A stretch of DNA of 64,000 nucleotides, from NCBI GenBank assembly GCA_963728665.1, contig CAVSLG010000007.1, forward strand, positions 12,715 through 76,714, written 5' to 3'. The position numbers and the translations under genes were made by a program. A model generated the notes under the pieces. It saw only the letters and a list, made by a program, of their open reading frames with translations. It was not told the origin of the DNA and searched no databases. This document shows, one piece after another, positions 17,056 through 31,130 of this stretch. Each line of letters begins with the position of its first letter. Positions within the stretch are counted from its first letter, which is position 1. The DNA is from an uncultured Actinomycetes bacterium. GTDB lineage: Bacteria; Actinomycetota; UBA4738; HRBIN12.

Positions 17056-17616
17056 TCAACGCATCGTCCACGTCGGCTGCTTCGTCTCGTCCAGGAACTG
17101 TACGAACGGTGAGCCGTCGCCGGCCAACCCGACGATCGCCCGGAGCTCGCCGGCGCGATCGAGCAGGCGGAGCACGGGCGAGCCTTCCGCAGCCAGCCCG
17201 AGCCGCACCCGCACCTTGCCCGCGTGGTCGTAGAGGCCGAGCGTCGGCGAGCCCTGCTCGGCGAGCGAGTAGACCTGCGACAGCTCGCCCTCGCTCACCT
17301 GCATTCCCATCGTGGGCGACGCCTCGGGTGCGAGTCCGAACTTCGCTCGGATGCGCCCGTTCTTGTCACCGAACGCCAGGCTCGCGCTCCCGTCGCTCGA
17401 CAGGCCGACCGTGGCACGGACCTTGCCGTTCTCGTCGCCGACCGCGAGCCCGGCGGCACCGTCGGCGGAGAGACCGAAACGCATGCGCACCTGCCCGTCA
17501 GGAGCGAGCAGTGAGAAGAACGGATCCTCGTCGTTCGAGAGCCCGATGCGGACCCTTACCCGACCGTCGTCGTCGACGACCTCGAACTCTCCCGCTTGCA
17601 CGACTCGCTTCTTCAT
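17056..17616 (-). CDS. Tandem-repeat protein (about 7.5 copies of a 23-residue unit), first gene of the mau-like operon
   Basis: ORF 17056..17727 with ATG at 17616 (MKKRVVQAGEFEVV). The repeat unit resembles LxxxDxxG+VRxxxGLxxDGSP. No signal peptide is evident. Confidence 0.65.
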   Translation of the reverse strand: MKKRVVQAGEFEVVDDDGRVRVRIGLSNDEDPFFSLLAPDGQVRMRFGLSADGAAGLAVGDENGKVRATVGLSSDGSASLAFGDKNGRIRAKFGLAPEASPTMGMQVSEGELSQVYSLAEQGSPTLGLYDHAGKVRVRLGLAAEGSPVLRLLDRAGELRAIVGLAGDGSPFVQFLDETKQPTWTMR

Positions 17617-17758
17617 GTCACCCCAGCCCGCTCGATGTGGGCAAGCGACGACCCGGCGGCGAGCCGAACGTCGCGGTACGCGGCGGACGCGTCTGCGTAT
17701 GGTCGCCCCTGCGAGCCCTCGGCTCAAGCACGTCGGGCGAAGGGAACGAGGCCGGAAC

Positions 17759-17800
17759 GTGAGAAACCGCCGGAACCCGGGGGCCCCAGCGGTCTCTCAC
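17759..17800 (-). terminator. GC-rich hairpin downstream of the OSBS/NSAR gene (terminator or 5' UTR structure of the mau-like operon)
   Basis: 12-bp arms gtgagaaaccgc / gcggtctctcac (one G-U pair in the minus-strand RNA) around an 18-nt GC-rich loop containing GGGGCCCC. No U-tract follows. Confidence 0.35.
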
Positions 17801-17805
17801 CGACG

Positions 17806-17835
17806 ACGTTACGGCGGGTCGGGTCATCTCGTCAA
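17806..17835 (-). promoter_or_regulatory. Candidate promoter for the mau-like operon
   Basis: On the minus strand, TTGACG (17835..17830), an 18-nt spacer, then TAACGT (17811..17806), which fits the actinobacterial TANNNT -10 pattern. Pattern match only. Confidence 0.3.
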
Positions 17836-17853
17836 ATCCGAACCAGATTCTTG

Positions 17854-18966
17854 TCACTCTTTCCCGAACGATTCGCTGCGGATCGTCGTCTCGACGAGGC
17901 GATCGGGGCGCGGGACGACGCCGATGCCCGGGCCTGTCGGGACCGCCATCGTGCCGTCGGGGGCCATCACGAACGGATCGGTGAGGTCGTCGAGGAAGTA
18001 CCGGGCACTCGCGCTGGTGTCGCCGGGGAGCGTGAACCCCGGCATCGCCGCGAGCGCCAGGTTCTGCGCCCGGCCGATGCCGGTTTCGAGCATGCCCCCG
18101 CACCACACGGGCACCCCGGCGGCCCGGCAGACGTCGTGCACCCGCCGGGCTTCGACGATGCCGCCCACCCGGCCCTGCTTGATGTTCACGATCCGGCAGC
18201 TGCCGAGTTCGATCGCCGCCACGGCGTCGGCGGCCGATCTGATCGACTCGTCGAGGCACAGGTCCGTGTGGATCGCGCGCTGCAGCTCGGCGTGGCGGAC
18301 GAGATCGGCGTGGTGCAGCGGCTGTTCGATCATCACCAGGTCGAAGGCGTCGAGCGCGCGGAAGACGTCGAGGTCGTCGATCGTGTACGCCGCATTGGCA
18401 TCGACGCTGAGCGCGATGTCGGGATGTGCGGCCCGCACCGCGCCGACCCGTTCGACGTCGATGCCGGGCTCGATCTTGAGCTTGATGCGCCGGTAGCCTT
18501 GGGCGAGATAGCCCTCGACCTGCTCGAGCAGCGCTTCGGTCGTCTCGGCGATGCCGATCGATACCCCACAGGCCACTCGGCCGCGCTCAGCGCCCAGCCA
18601 CCTCGCGAGCGAGACACGGTCCGCCCGGAGCTCGGCGTCGACGACCGCGTCGATCACGGCTGCCTTGGCCATCGGGTTGCCACGGACGTGTCCGAGTCGT
18701 CGATCGAGGTCGTCGATCGCGACGAGGTCGGCTCGCAAGAGCGCCGGGGCCAGGTGATCACGGATCACGAGCCATGCGCCCTCGTTGAACTCCTCGCTGT
18801 AGCCGGGATCGACGTCGGAGACGCACTCCCCCCAGCCCTCCCCCTCATCGGTCACGATCCGTACGAGCACGCACTCCTTCTCCGTCGACGTGCCGAAGCT
18901 GGTGCGGAACGGTCGCACCAGGGGCAACCTGATCAACCGCAGTTCGATGGTCCGCACGACGCTCAT
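17854..18966 (-). CDS. Enolase-superfamily o-succinylbenzoate synthase / N-acylamino acid racemase
   Basis: Distal part of ORF 17854..19782. ATG 18966 (MSVVRTIELRLIRLPLVRPFRTSFG) overlaps the upstream stop as ATGA. Motifs KLKIEPG, SVDANAAY, MIEQPL, LCLDES and NIKQGRVGG. Confidence 0.85.
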   Translation of the reverse strand: MSVVRTIELRLIRLPLVRPFRTSFGTSTEKECVLVRIVTDEGEGWGECVSDVDPGYSEEFNEGAWLVIRDHLAPALLRADLVAIDDLDRRLGHVRGNPMAKAAVIDAVVDAELRADRVSLARWLGAERGRVACGVSIGIAETTEALLEQVEGYLAQGYRRIKLKIEPGIDVERVGAVRAAHPDIALSVDANAAYTIDDLDVFRALDAFDLVMIEQPLHHADLVRHAELQRAIHTDLCLDESIRSAADAVAAIELGSCRIVNIKQGRVGGIVEARRVHDVCRAAGVPVWCGGMLETGIGRAQNLALAAMPGFTLPGDTSASARYFLDDLTDPFVMAPDGTMAVPTGPGIGVVPRPDRLVETTIRSESFGKE

Positions 18967-19850
18967 GCCGATGCCTCCTGGGTCAGGAGATACGTCGGTC
19001 GCCCGCCCTCTCGGTCGGGATCGAACGCGACGACGACGAAGCCGGATGCCATGCAAGCTCCGAGGGTGGCGCCGACCGCTTCGCGCCACGCCGAGCCGAG
19101 CGACGGGTCGGCGGCTCGCAGAGCCGCGTGATCGCGGGGGACCTGCACGCCGACGACCTCTCCTCGGTGCGGATCGCCCACGATCTCGGGCACGGGAGCG
19201 TCGACGGATCCCCCGCTCCGCACGATGAGCCTCGCGCCGTGGGGGATCGTGGGAGCGGTCGGGTCGGCGTCGAGCGACCATCGCACGACGAGCCGGTCGC
19301 TGCGGTCGCCCGCGTTGATCGCGTCGGGCATCTGCCCGTAGTAGTCGCGGTGGAACAGGTCGCACGTTGCTCCGAGCTTGTTGATGTTCAGGTGTGCGTT
19401 GCGTGCGACCAATGGGTCGAACGTCCACCGCACGAGATGGATGCCGCGATCGAGGCACGACGCCCGCTGGGCGAGCTTGAGCGCGTACCCGACGCCGACA
19501 TGCCGTCGATCCGGCAGAGCGGCGAGCATGTGCGAGTGTTCGTGCAATCCGTCGACCGTGGAGACGGCCGCCCAGCCGAGCACGTAGCCGATCAGTTCGT
19601 CGCCGTCGAACGCCCCCCACGGTACGTTGCCCGACCCTGCCAGCGCCCGGATCGTCTCGCGCGGGATCGCCTCCTGCCAGGTCGCCATCATCACGCGCAG
19701 GATCGCGTCGGCGTCGTCCAGTGAGGTGAGCGGGCGCAACCCAACATCCGCCTTCGCCGCAGCTTCGATGGCGCGTCCCCACGCGGGACCATCCACGCGG
19801 CGCAGTCTATCGGTGCCTCCCGCGCCGCCCGGAGCGCGACCACGGCCCAT
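18963..19850 (-). CDS. GNAT-like acetyltransferase commonly paired with OSBS/NSAR genes
   Basis: ORF 18963..19985. Segments HMLAALPDRRHVGVGYALKLAQR and WTFDPLVARNAHLNINKLG. Start is uncertain (ATG 19850 or GTG 19796). Confidence 0.6.
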   Translation of the reverse strand: MGRGRAPGGAGGTDRLRRVDGPAWGRAIEAAAKADVGLRPLTSLDDADAILRVMMATWQEAIPRETIRALAGSGNVPWGAFDGDELIGYVLGWAAVSTVDGLHEHSHMLAALPDRRHVGVGYALKLAQRASCLDRGIHLVRWTFDPLVARNAHLNINKLGATCDLFHRDYYGQMPDAINAGDRSDRLVVRWSLDADPTAPTIPHGARLIVRSGGSVDAPVPEIVGDPHRGEVVGVQVPRDHAALRAADPSLGSAWREAVGATLGACMASGFVVVAFDPDREGGRPTYLLTQEASA

Positions 19851-19926
19851 GCATGCGGAAGGCCCGCCGTGGCGGCGGGCCCTCCGTCTGATCGATCGCC
19901 GGTGGAACCGGCGCTGACGCCGCCGA

Positions 19927-20118
19927 TCAGCCGCCGGCGGGCGGCGGCAGCTCCTGCCATTCGACGTCATCGAGATCGTCGCCACGGCGGCGTTTCACGA
20001 ACGCCACGATGGCCGCGATCGCAGCGCCGATCACGGCGATCTTCATGAGCTTCTTCAAGAATCCGCCCTTCTTCTTCTCCTCGACGGCCTCGACCGTCAC
20101 GGTGGCTTCATCTGTCAT
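19927..20118 (-). CDS. Small single-pass membrane protein
   Basis: ORF 19927..20118. GGAAGGAGGG lies 7 nt upstream of the ATG. Acidic N-terminus, KKKGGFLKKLMK, TM helix IAVIGAAIAAIVAFV, then RRRGDDLDDVEWQEL. Confidence 0.65.
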   Translation of the reverse strand: MTDEATVTVEAVEEKKKGGFLKKLMKIAVIGAAIAAIVAFVKRRRGDDLDDVEWQELPPPAGG

Positions 20119-20140
20119 GGGGGAGCCCTCCTTCCGGGAG

Positions 20141-20215
20141 TGGGCCTGGATGGACTTGAACCATCGACCTCTTCCTTATCAGGGAAGCGCTCTAACCGGG
20201 CTGAGCTACAGGCCC
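20141..20215 (-). tRNA. tRNA-Ile (anticodon GAU)
   Basis: Reverse complement reads GGGCCTGTAGCTCAGCCCGGTTAGAGCGCTTCCCTGATAAGGAAGAGGTCGATGGTTCAAGTCCATCCAGGCCCA. The 7-bp acceptor stem pairs perfectly. CCA is not encoded. Confidence 0.95.
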
Positions 20216-20245
20216 CAACTCAACGGGGCCGCTCGCCCTCGTGGC

Positions 20246-20275
20246 AGCGTAGCCACGGCCCGAAACCGGTGTCAA
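20246..20275 (-). promoter_or_regulatory. Candidate promoter for tRNA-Ile
   Basis: On the minus strand, TTGACA (20275..20270), an 18-nt spacer, then TACGCT (20251..20246). It lies about 30 nt upstream of the tRNA 5' end. Confidence 0.4.
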
Positions 20276-20292
20276 ACGAAGGGCTGGAAGGC

Positions 20293-20940
20293 TCAGTGGT
20301 GTGGCCGCTCGGCAAGGGTGACCTCCACCCCGCCGATGATGTCGCTGATCAAGTTGTAGAGCATCGAGATGAAGACGTTGATCACCGACCACACCCCCAC
20401 GAAAAGCAGCCCGCCGAACAGCCCCCAGATGAAGAGCGACCCTCCGTCGATCTCGATGGGTTCCGCGCCTCCCGTCGACGTCGTGCCCGTGCCGAAGACG
20501 TACCCGAGCACGGTCTCGAGCGAGTCGATCGCACCTGCTGCCGACAGGACCCCGTAGACGATCACCATCGCGAACAGCACGATCAGCATCAGGCACAGGT
20601 AGAAGAGCAGTGAGAACTTCAGCACCGATAGCGGGCTCACCTTCCGCACGACCACTCGGGTGCGGCGCGGGGCGGAACGCACACGAGGCGAGTGGGCCGG
20701 CCGCGTCGCTCGGGTGGCGCGCGTCGCTTCCGTGTCGGCGTCGGACGCGCCCTTCGCGTCAGACGGCGGCGGAGCAGGGGTCGTCGCTGCGGGCGACGCC
20801 GAGGGGGTCGTCGCTACGGGCGACGGAGCGTCGACCGCCGCCGCGATCACGCGTGGCTGTGGCGGGGGGCCACCCGCGCCGGCGCCGCGCTGCTGCGAGC
20901 GCGGTTCGGCGGTCTCCGGTTGTTCGGCCGTATGCATCAT
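20293..20940 (-). CDS. DUF3566-type membrane protein (Rv0007-like, conserved downstream of gyrA)
   Basis: Distal part of ORF 20293..21261. ATG 20940 (MMHTAEQPE). Low-complexity A/P/T-rich N-half, then the conserved C-terminal TM domain VVVRKVSPLSVLKFSLLFYLCLMLIVLFAMVIVYGVL...INVFISMLYNLISDIIGGVEVTL. Confidence 0.75.
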   Translation of the reverse strand: MMHTAEQPETAEPRSQQRGAGAGGPPPQPRVIAAAVDAPSPVATTPSASPAATTPAPPPSDAKGASDADTEATRATRATRPAHSPRVRSAPRRTRVVVRKVSPLSVLKFSLLFYLCLMLIVLFAMVIVYGVLSAAGAIDSLETVLGYVFGTGTTSTGGAEPIEIDGGSLFIWGLFGGLLFVGVWSVINVFISMLYNLISDIIGGVEVTLAERPHH

Positions 20941-20995
20941 CTCCTCGGAACGAAGTTCTAAGGGTACGCCCTGGCCGAGGCAAGTACCCGGAGCA

Positions 20996-21253
20996 TCAGG
21001 TGCGGAACGGCCCGCCGGGTGCGAACACGACGCGGGCGTGCACGACCGCCAGGATCGCGCCGGCCACAGGAGCGATGATCCACGACGCGGTGTCGGGCTG
21101 GTCCTGCACGAGCAGGCAGCCGGCTGCGATGCCGGCACCCGAGAGCGCGAGCACTCCGGACCACAGGCCGATCGAGCGCCCCGACCGCATGCCGACGAGG
21201 CCTGCGAGGAACGCCAGCACCGACACCACGATCGTCGCGAGCCCGCCGTCCAT
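20996..21253 (-). CDS. Small hydrophobic membrane protein (3 predicted helices)
   Basis: ORF 20996..21253, MDGGLATIVVSVLAFLAGLVGMRSG... It occupies the space that the over-extended 20293..21261 ORF covers in another frame. Confidence 0.55.
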   Translation of the reverse strand: MDGGLATIVVSVLAFLAGLVGMRSGRSIGLWSGVLALSGAGIAAGCLLVQDQPDTASWIIAPVAGAILAVVHARVVFAPGGPFRT

Positions 21254-21394
21254 ATCGTCACATCATCCCCTACGTATCCCGGTCGGCATCACTTCGAGAT
21301 GACTACGTAGTTCTCACCCGCATCAGCTCAAGAGGCCCCGTCCTCCCTGCCGATACCGCAGTAGGACATCGAGGGGAGAGGGAGACACGAGCTG

Positions 21395-22177
21395 ATGCGG
21401 AACCGAACGGCACGGTTGCTGGCGATCGGGGTGGCAGGAAGCCTGGTGGCCGGTTTGGTCGTGGCTGCCAACGCCGAGTCGTCGGTGCAGGTGGCCCTGC
21501 GCCAGAAGCACGACCTGCAGCAACGGATCGAGGAACTCCAAGAGACGAGGCGCCTTCGCAGGGTCGGGCTGCACCAACGCATCCGGTTCTCGCAGGCGCG
21601 TCTTCGCAACGCGCCTGGCGCCGCCAAGGTGGGTGACCGCGCGCGCTACCACCGGTTCCGTCAACAGCAGGTCGACCGCATCGAGAACCTGCGCGCGCAG
21701 GAGCGGGAGCTCTTCCGCACGACGCGCGCGAGGATCCGCGACCTCAGGTCGAAGCGCACCGGTCTCGCGGAGTGGATCGAATCGCTTCCGCTGCAGCGGT
21801 GTCCGGTCGACGGTCCGGTGGTGGTTTCCGACGGCTTCGGTGACATCCGTGACATGCCGGGCACACCTCGCCACATCCACCAGGGCAACGACATCATGGC
21901 GCCGACCGGCGCGCCGATCATCGCACCGTTCGACGGCGAAGCCGTCGCCGGCTCCAGCGATCTCGGAGGCAACTCCGTCAAGGTCTACGGTGCGGGCGGT
22001 TACGTCTACAACGCCCATCTGTCGGCCTACGGCAAGCTGGGCCCCGTGCAGGCGGGCGACGTGATCGGCTACGTGGGCAGCACCGGCAATGCGACGGCGC
22101 CACACAACCACTTCGAGTGGCACCCGGGCGACGGCGCGGCGGTGGACCCCTACTTGTTCCTCGCGGCGGTCTGCTGA
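21395..22177 (+). CDS. M23 family metallopeptidase, paralog of 9007..9816
   Basis: ORF 21395..22177. Signal MRNRTARLLAIGVAGSLVAGLVVAANA. Motifs HIHQGNDI and HNHFEWH. The block GYVYNAHLSAYGKLG is shared with the paralog. Confidence 0.85.
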   Translation: MRNRTARLLAIGVAGSLVAGLVVAANAESSVQVALRQKHDLQQRIEELQETRRLRRVGLHQRIRFSQARLRNAPGAAKVGDRARYHRFRQQQVDRIENLRAQERELFRTTRARIRDLRSKRTGLAEWIESLPLQRCPVDGPVVVSDGFGDIRDMPGTPRHIHQGNDIMAPTGAPIIAPFDGEAVAGSSDLGGNSVKVYGAGGYVYNAHLSAYGKLGPVQAGDVIGYVGSTGNATAPHNHFEWHPGDGAAVDPYLFLAAVC

Positions 22178-22187
22178 CGACAGTGAC

Positions 22188-22211
22188 AGTAGGGCGGGGT
22201 TCGTCCCCGCC

Positions 22212-22216
<5 letters not shown>
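22188..22216. terminator. Bidirectional hairpin terminator between the convergent M23 and gyrA genes
   Basis: Perfect 12-bp stem agtagggcgggg / ccccgccctact with a 5-nt loop ttcgt. It overlaps the gyrA stop codon. Confidence 0.6.
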
Positions 22217-24659
<2,443 letters not shown>

Positions 24660-24711
24660 CCGCTACGCCTTCGGCTACTTGAGCGACGTGCCACGGTGTG
24701 TGATCAGCTCC

Positions 24712-28279
<3,568 letters not shown>

Positions 28280-28307
28280 CGCGAGACGGAGGCCCGCGTG
28301 CCGGCGG

Positions 28308-29411
28308 TCAGGAGACGACGGCCGGCAAGCGCACGGGCATCACGAGGTAGGTGAACTCGTCGCTCTCGCCGCGCACGACACCCGGCTTCAGCCCGTCGCG
28401 CACGTCGATGCGAACGCTCTCCCCGTTCGCGGCGCGCAACCCGTCGGCCAGGTACTGCGGATTGAAGGCGACCGTGAGGTCGTCGCCTTCGTACCGAGCC
28501 TCGACCGTCTCGACCGCCTGCCCCAGATCGGGGCTCGACGACGAGAGCTTGACCCCCAGTGCGTTGAACTCCAGCCGGACCGGCGTCGTGTCGCGGGCCA
28601 TGAGCCCGACGCGGCTCACCGCATCGAGCAGCTGCTGTCGGCTGATCGTCAGCCGGCTCTCGTGCTGGTCGGGCAGCAGCTGGCGGTAGTTCGGGAACTC
28701 GCCCTCGATCAGTCGCGACGTGAGCGTGAGCTCGCCTATGCGGAAGGCCACCTGCGACTCGTCGACGACGATCTCGAGCGTTCCCTTCTCGTCGGCTGAG
28801 GCGGCTCGGCCCGCTTCGCTCAGGGCCCGCTCGGGCACGATGGCCTTGCCTTCACCATCGGCGGTCGCCACGAGCTCGCGGACCGCGAGCCGGTACGAGT
28901 CGGTGGCGACCATCACGACGCCTTCGCGGCTGACCTCGATCAGCACGCCCGTGAGCACCGGACGGGCTTCGTCACGCGAGGCCCCCCGGGCGACCTGGTG
29001 CACCGCCTCGGCGAAAGCGCCGGCCTCGGCCGTGATCTTCGTGCCGCTGGGCTCCTGCAGGCCGGGGAAATCCTCGGCCGGCAGTAAGCGTAGCGTGCCT
29101 TCATATGCGGCACAACGGATATGGGCTTGCGACTGATCCGTCTCGACATCGACCGGAGCATCGGACAACGACTTCACCGTGTCGCCGAGCAGGCGAGCCG
29201 GCACGAGGGCGATGCCAGGCTCGCTCACCTGCACATCGGTCGCCAACCGCGCCGACACCTCGAGGTCGGTCGTCGTCAGCATGAGGCGGCCCTCATCGGT
29301 CGCCTCGATCAGTACGCCCGTGAGCGCCGGGATGCCCGGCCTCGACGACACCCCGCGCTGAACGGTCTGCAGTGCCTCGGACAACGCGTCTCGGTCACAC
29401 CGGAACTTCAC
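28308..29411 (-). CDS. dnaN: DNA polymerase III beta subunit (sliding clamp)
   Basis: ORF 28308..29429. GTG 29411 chosen because VKFRCDRDALSEAL aligns with the canonical MKF... N-terminus and follows GGGGGTGGA. Alternative ATG 29429. Confidence 0.93.
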   Translation of the reverse strand: MKFRCDRDALSEALQTVQRGVSSRPGIPALTGVLIEATDEGRLMLTTTDLEVSARLATDVQVSEPGIALVPARLLGDTVKSLSDAPVDVETDQSQAHIRCAAYEGTLRLLPAEDFPGLQEPSGTKITAEAGAFAEAVHQVARGASRDEARPVLTGVLIEVSREGVVMVATDSYRLAVRELVATADGEGKAIVPERALSEAGRAASADEKGTLEIVVDESQVAFRIGELTLTSRLIEGEFPNYRQLLPDQHESRLTISRQQLLDAVSRVGLMARDTTPVRLEFNALGVKLSSSSPDLGQAVETVEARYEGDDLTVAFNPQYLADGLRAANGESVRIDVRDGLKPGVVRGESDEFTYLVMPVRLPAVVS

Positions 29412-29651
29412 TCGGTCCACCCCCTGCATCTACTGTCTTGAAGAAGGAAAGAACATCGGTAGTAGGCACTGTGGAAACCTGCATGGACGTACCGTTCCCG
29501 CAGCGTAGACGGGCCGTCCGACATGTGGGAAACGCGTGGGGAAAACGTGTCGCTCCCCGGAAGACGCCGGAACGAGGACGCGGTTCCCACCGATCGCGAC
29601 GACTTGTGCACAGGTCGGTCCACAGACCGCCGAGGTCGCCCGCGGACGCGA
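29412..29651. other. Candidate oriC (dnaA-dnaN intergenic region with DnaA-box-like 9-mers and an AT-richer patch)
   Basis: Matches to TTGTCCACA with 1-3 mismatches: GTTTCCACA (29470..29478, minus), TTTCCCACA (29524..29532, minus), TTGTGCACA (29604..29612) and CGGTCCACA (29616..29624). The locally AT-richer stretch tcttgaagaaggaaagaacatcggtagtagg lies at 29436..29466. Confidence 0.5.
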
Positions 29652-31094
29652 TCATGCGGCACGCACCCGCCCTCGGATGATGCGCGTGAGGTCCTGCACC
29701 TGACGGAAGGTCGCGTCGCGTGCCCGCATCTCGTCCTCGACCTTGCGGATGCCGTGCAGCACGGTCGTGTGGTCGCGGCCGCCGAAGATCTCGCCGATCT
29801 TCAGCAGGGACAGGCCCGTGCACTCCCGCGTGAGGTACATCGCGATGTGTCGCGCCTGGGTAAGCGGGCGCGAGCGCGACTTGGACATCAGGTCGGCCGC
29901 CGAGAGCGAGAAGTACTTCGCCGTCTCGTCGAGGATCAACGGCGGCGGGATCTCGTTCTGGGTCTGCGGGATCAGGTCCTCGAGCGCACGTTCGGCGAGG
30001 GTGTTGTCGATCGGCTGGCCCGTGAGCTCGCTCCAGGCGACCACTCGCACGAGCGCCCCTTCGAGCTCACGCACGGATTGGTCGAACTTCGACGCCACGA
30101 ACTCGATCACGTCGGGCGGCACGGTGATGTGCTCGCGCTCGGCCTTCAACTGCAAGATCGCGATGCGGGTCTCGAGGTCGGGTGGCTGCACGTCGACGCA
30201 GAGCCCCCACCGGAACCGGTTCACCAGCCGCTCCTCGAGCCCGGAGAGCTCATGCGGGGGCCGGTCGGATGCGATCACGATCTGCTTCCCGGCCCCGTGC
30301 AGGTGGTTGAACGTGTGGAAGAACTCGGTCTGCGTCTCCTCGCGTTTGGCCAGGAACTGGATGTCGTCGACGAGCAGCACGTCGACCTCCCGGTACCGCT
30401 GGCGGAACGCATCTCCCCCTTGCCGCTCGCGAACCGCCTTGATGAACTCGGTCACGAACTGCTCGGAGGTGACGTACTTCACGCGGAGCGCAGGCGCGAG
30501 CCGGTACATGTGGTGACCCACCGCTATCAGGAGGTGGGTCTTGCCGAGCCCCACTCCCCCGTAGATGAACAGGGGGTTGTAGGCGGTCGAGGGCGGGGCC
30601 TCGGCCACGGCCATCGCGGCGGCGTGAGCGAACCGGTTGCTGGGCCCGGGCACGAACGCATCGAACGTGTAGCTCGGGAACGGCAGGCCCGGGGCGCCGA
30701 GTGACTCTCGCGCGGCCGACGGCGCCTCGGGGGCGCCGATCGAGGCGTACGAAGCGGGCGCTCCATCGACCGCCCGGTCGATCGGCGCGGTCTCGAACGA
30801 GCCGCCCGTGCCCGCCTGTTCACGCAGGGCCTCGTCGATCGAGAGCTCGATCTTCAGGGGCCGGCCGGCCGCTTCCTGCGCAGCTCGTTCGATCAGCGGA
30901 AGATGATTGTGTTGCAAACGTTCACGAACCAGAGGACTCGGCACGGCGAGCGTGATCGAATGCTCGGCCAGGCTCACCGGCCGGACGTCGGCGAACCACA
31001 TCACGACCGTCGTCTCGGGCAGCTCTTCGCGCGCCCGATCGAGCACGTGGGCCCACGCATCGCGAGCCTCGTGTTCAGGGGACGCTAACGCCAT
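29652..31094 (-). CDS. dnaA: Chromosomal replication initiator protein DnaA
   Basis: Distal part of ORF 29652..31343. ATG 31094 ([14 protein letters not shown]). AAA+ Walker [12 protein letters not shown]. Segments LLVDDIQFL and the C-terminal DNA-binding helix DHTTVLHG. Confidence 0.95.
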   Translation of the reverse strand: MALASPEHEARDAWAHVLDRAREELPETTVVMWFADVRPVSLAEHSITLAVPSPLVRERLQHNHLPLIERAAQEAAGRPLKIELSIDEALREQAGTGGSFETAPIDRAVDGAPASYASIGAPEAPSAARESLGAPGLPFPSYTFDAFVPGPSNRFAHAAAMAVAEAPPSTAYNPLFIYGGVGLGKTHLLIAVGHHMYRLAPALRVKYVTSEQFVTEFIKAVRERQGGDAFRQRYREVDVLLVDDIQFLAKREETQTEFFHTFNHLHGAGKQIVIASDRPPHELSGLEERLVNRFRWGLCVDVQPPDLETRIAILQLKAEREHITVPPDVIEFVASKFDQSVRELEGALVRVVAWSELTGQPIDNTLAERALEDLIPQTQNEIPPPLILDETAKYFSLSAADLMSKSRSRPLTQARHIAMYLTRECTGLSLLKIGEIFGGRDHTTVLHGIRKVEDEMRARDATFRQVQDLTRIIRGRVRAA

Positions 31095-31097
31095 ATG

Positions 31098-31130
31098 GAA
31101 TCCACAACACCTTTCCACACCGGTGGAAAA
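31098..31130. promoter_or_regulatory. Cluster of three DnaA-box-like sites immediately upstream of dnaA
   Basis: GAATCCACA (31098..31106), CTTTCCACA (31111..31119) and TTTTCCACC on the minus strand (31122..31130), all within 33 bp. Confidence 0.5.

Noticed and set aside
16109-17762. Plus-strand ORFs 16109..17233 and 16551..17762
   Set aside because: They lie antisense to the mau-like genes. The products are extremely R/P/S-rich with no motifs.
11240-20292. Genomic island or mobile element at the tRNA genes
   Set aside because: No integrase, transposase, phage genes, att-like tRNA fragment repeats or GC drop were visible. It is reported only as a variable-locus hypothesis.
20996-21261. Full 322-aa ORF 20293..21261 as one gene
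   Set aside because: The first 107 codons are Cys/Arg/Ser-rich and overlap a cleaner hydrophobic 85-aa ORF in another frame. The DUF3566-type protein is better started at ATG 20940.
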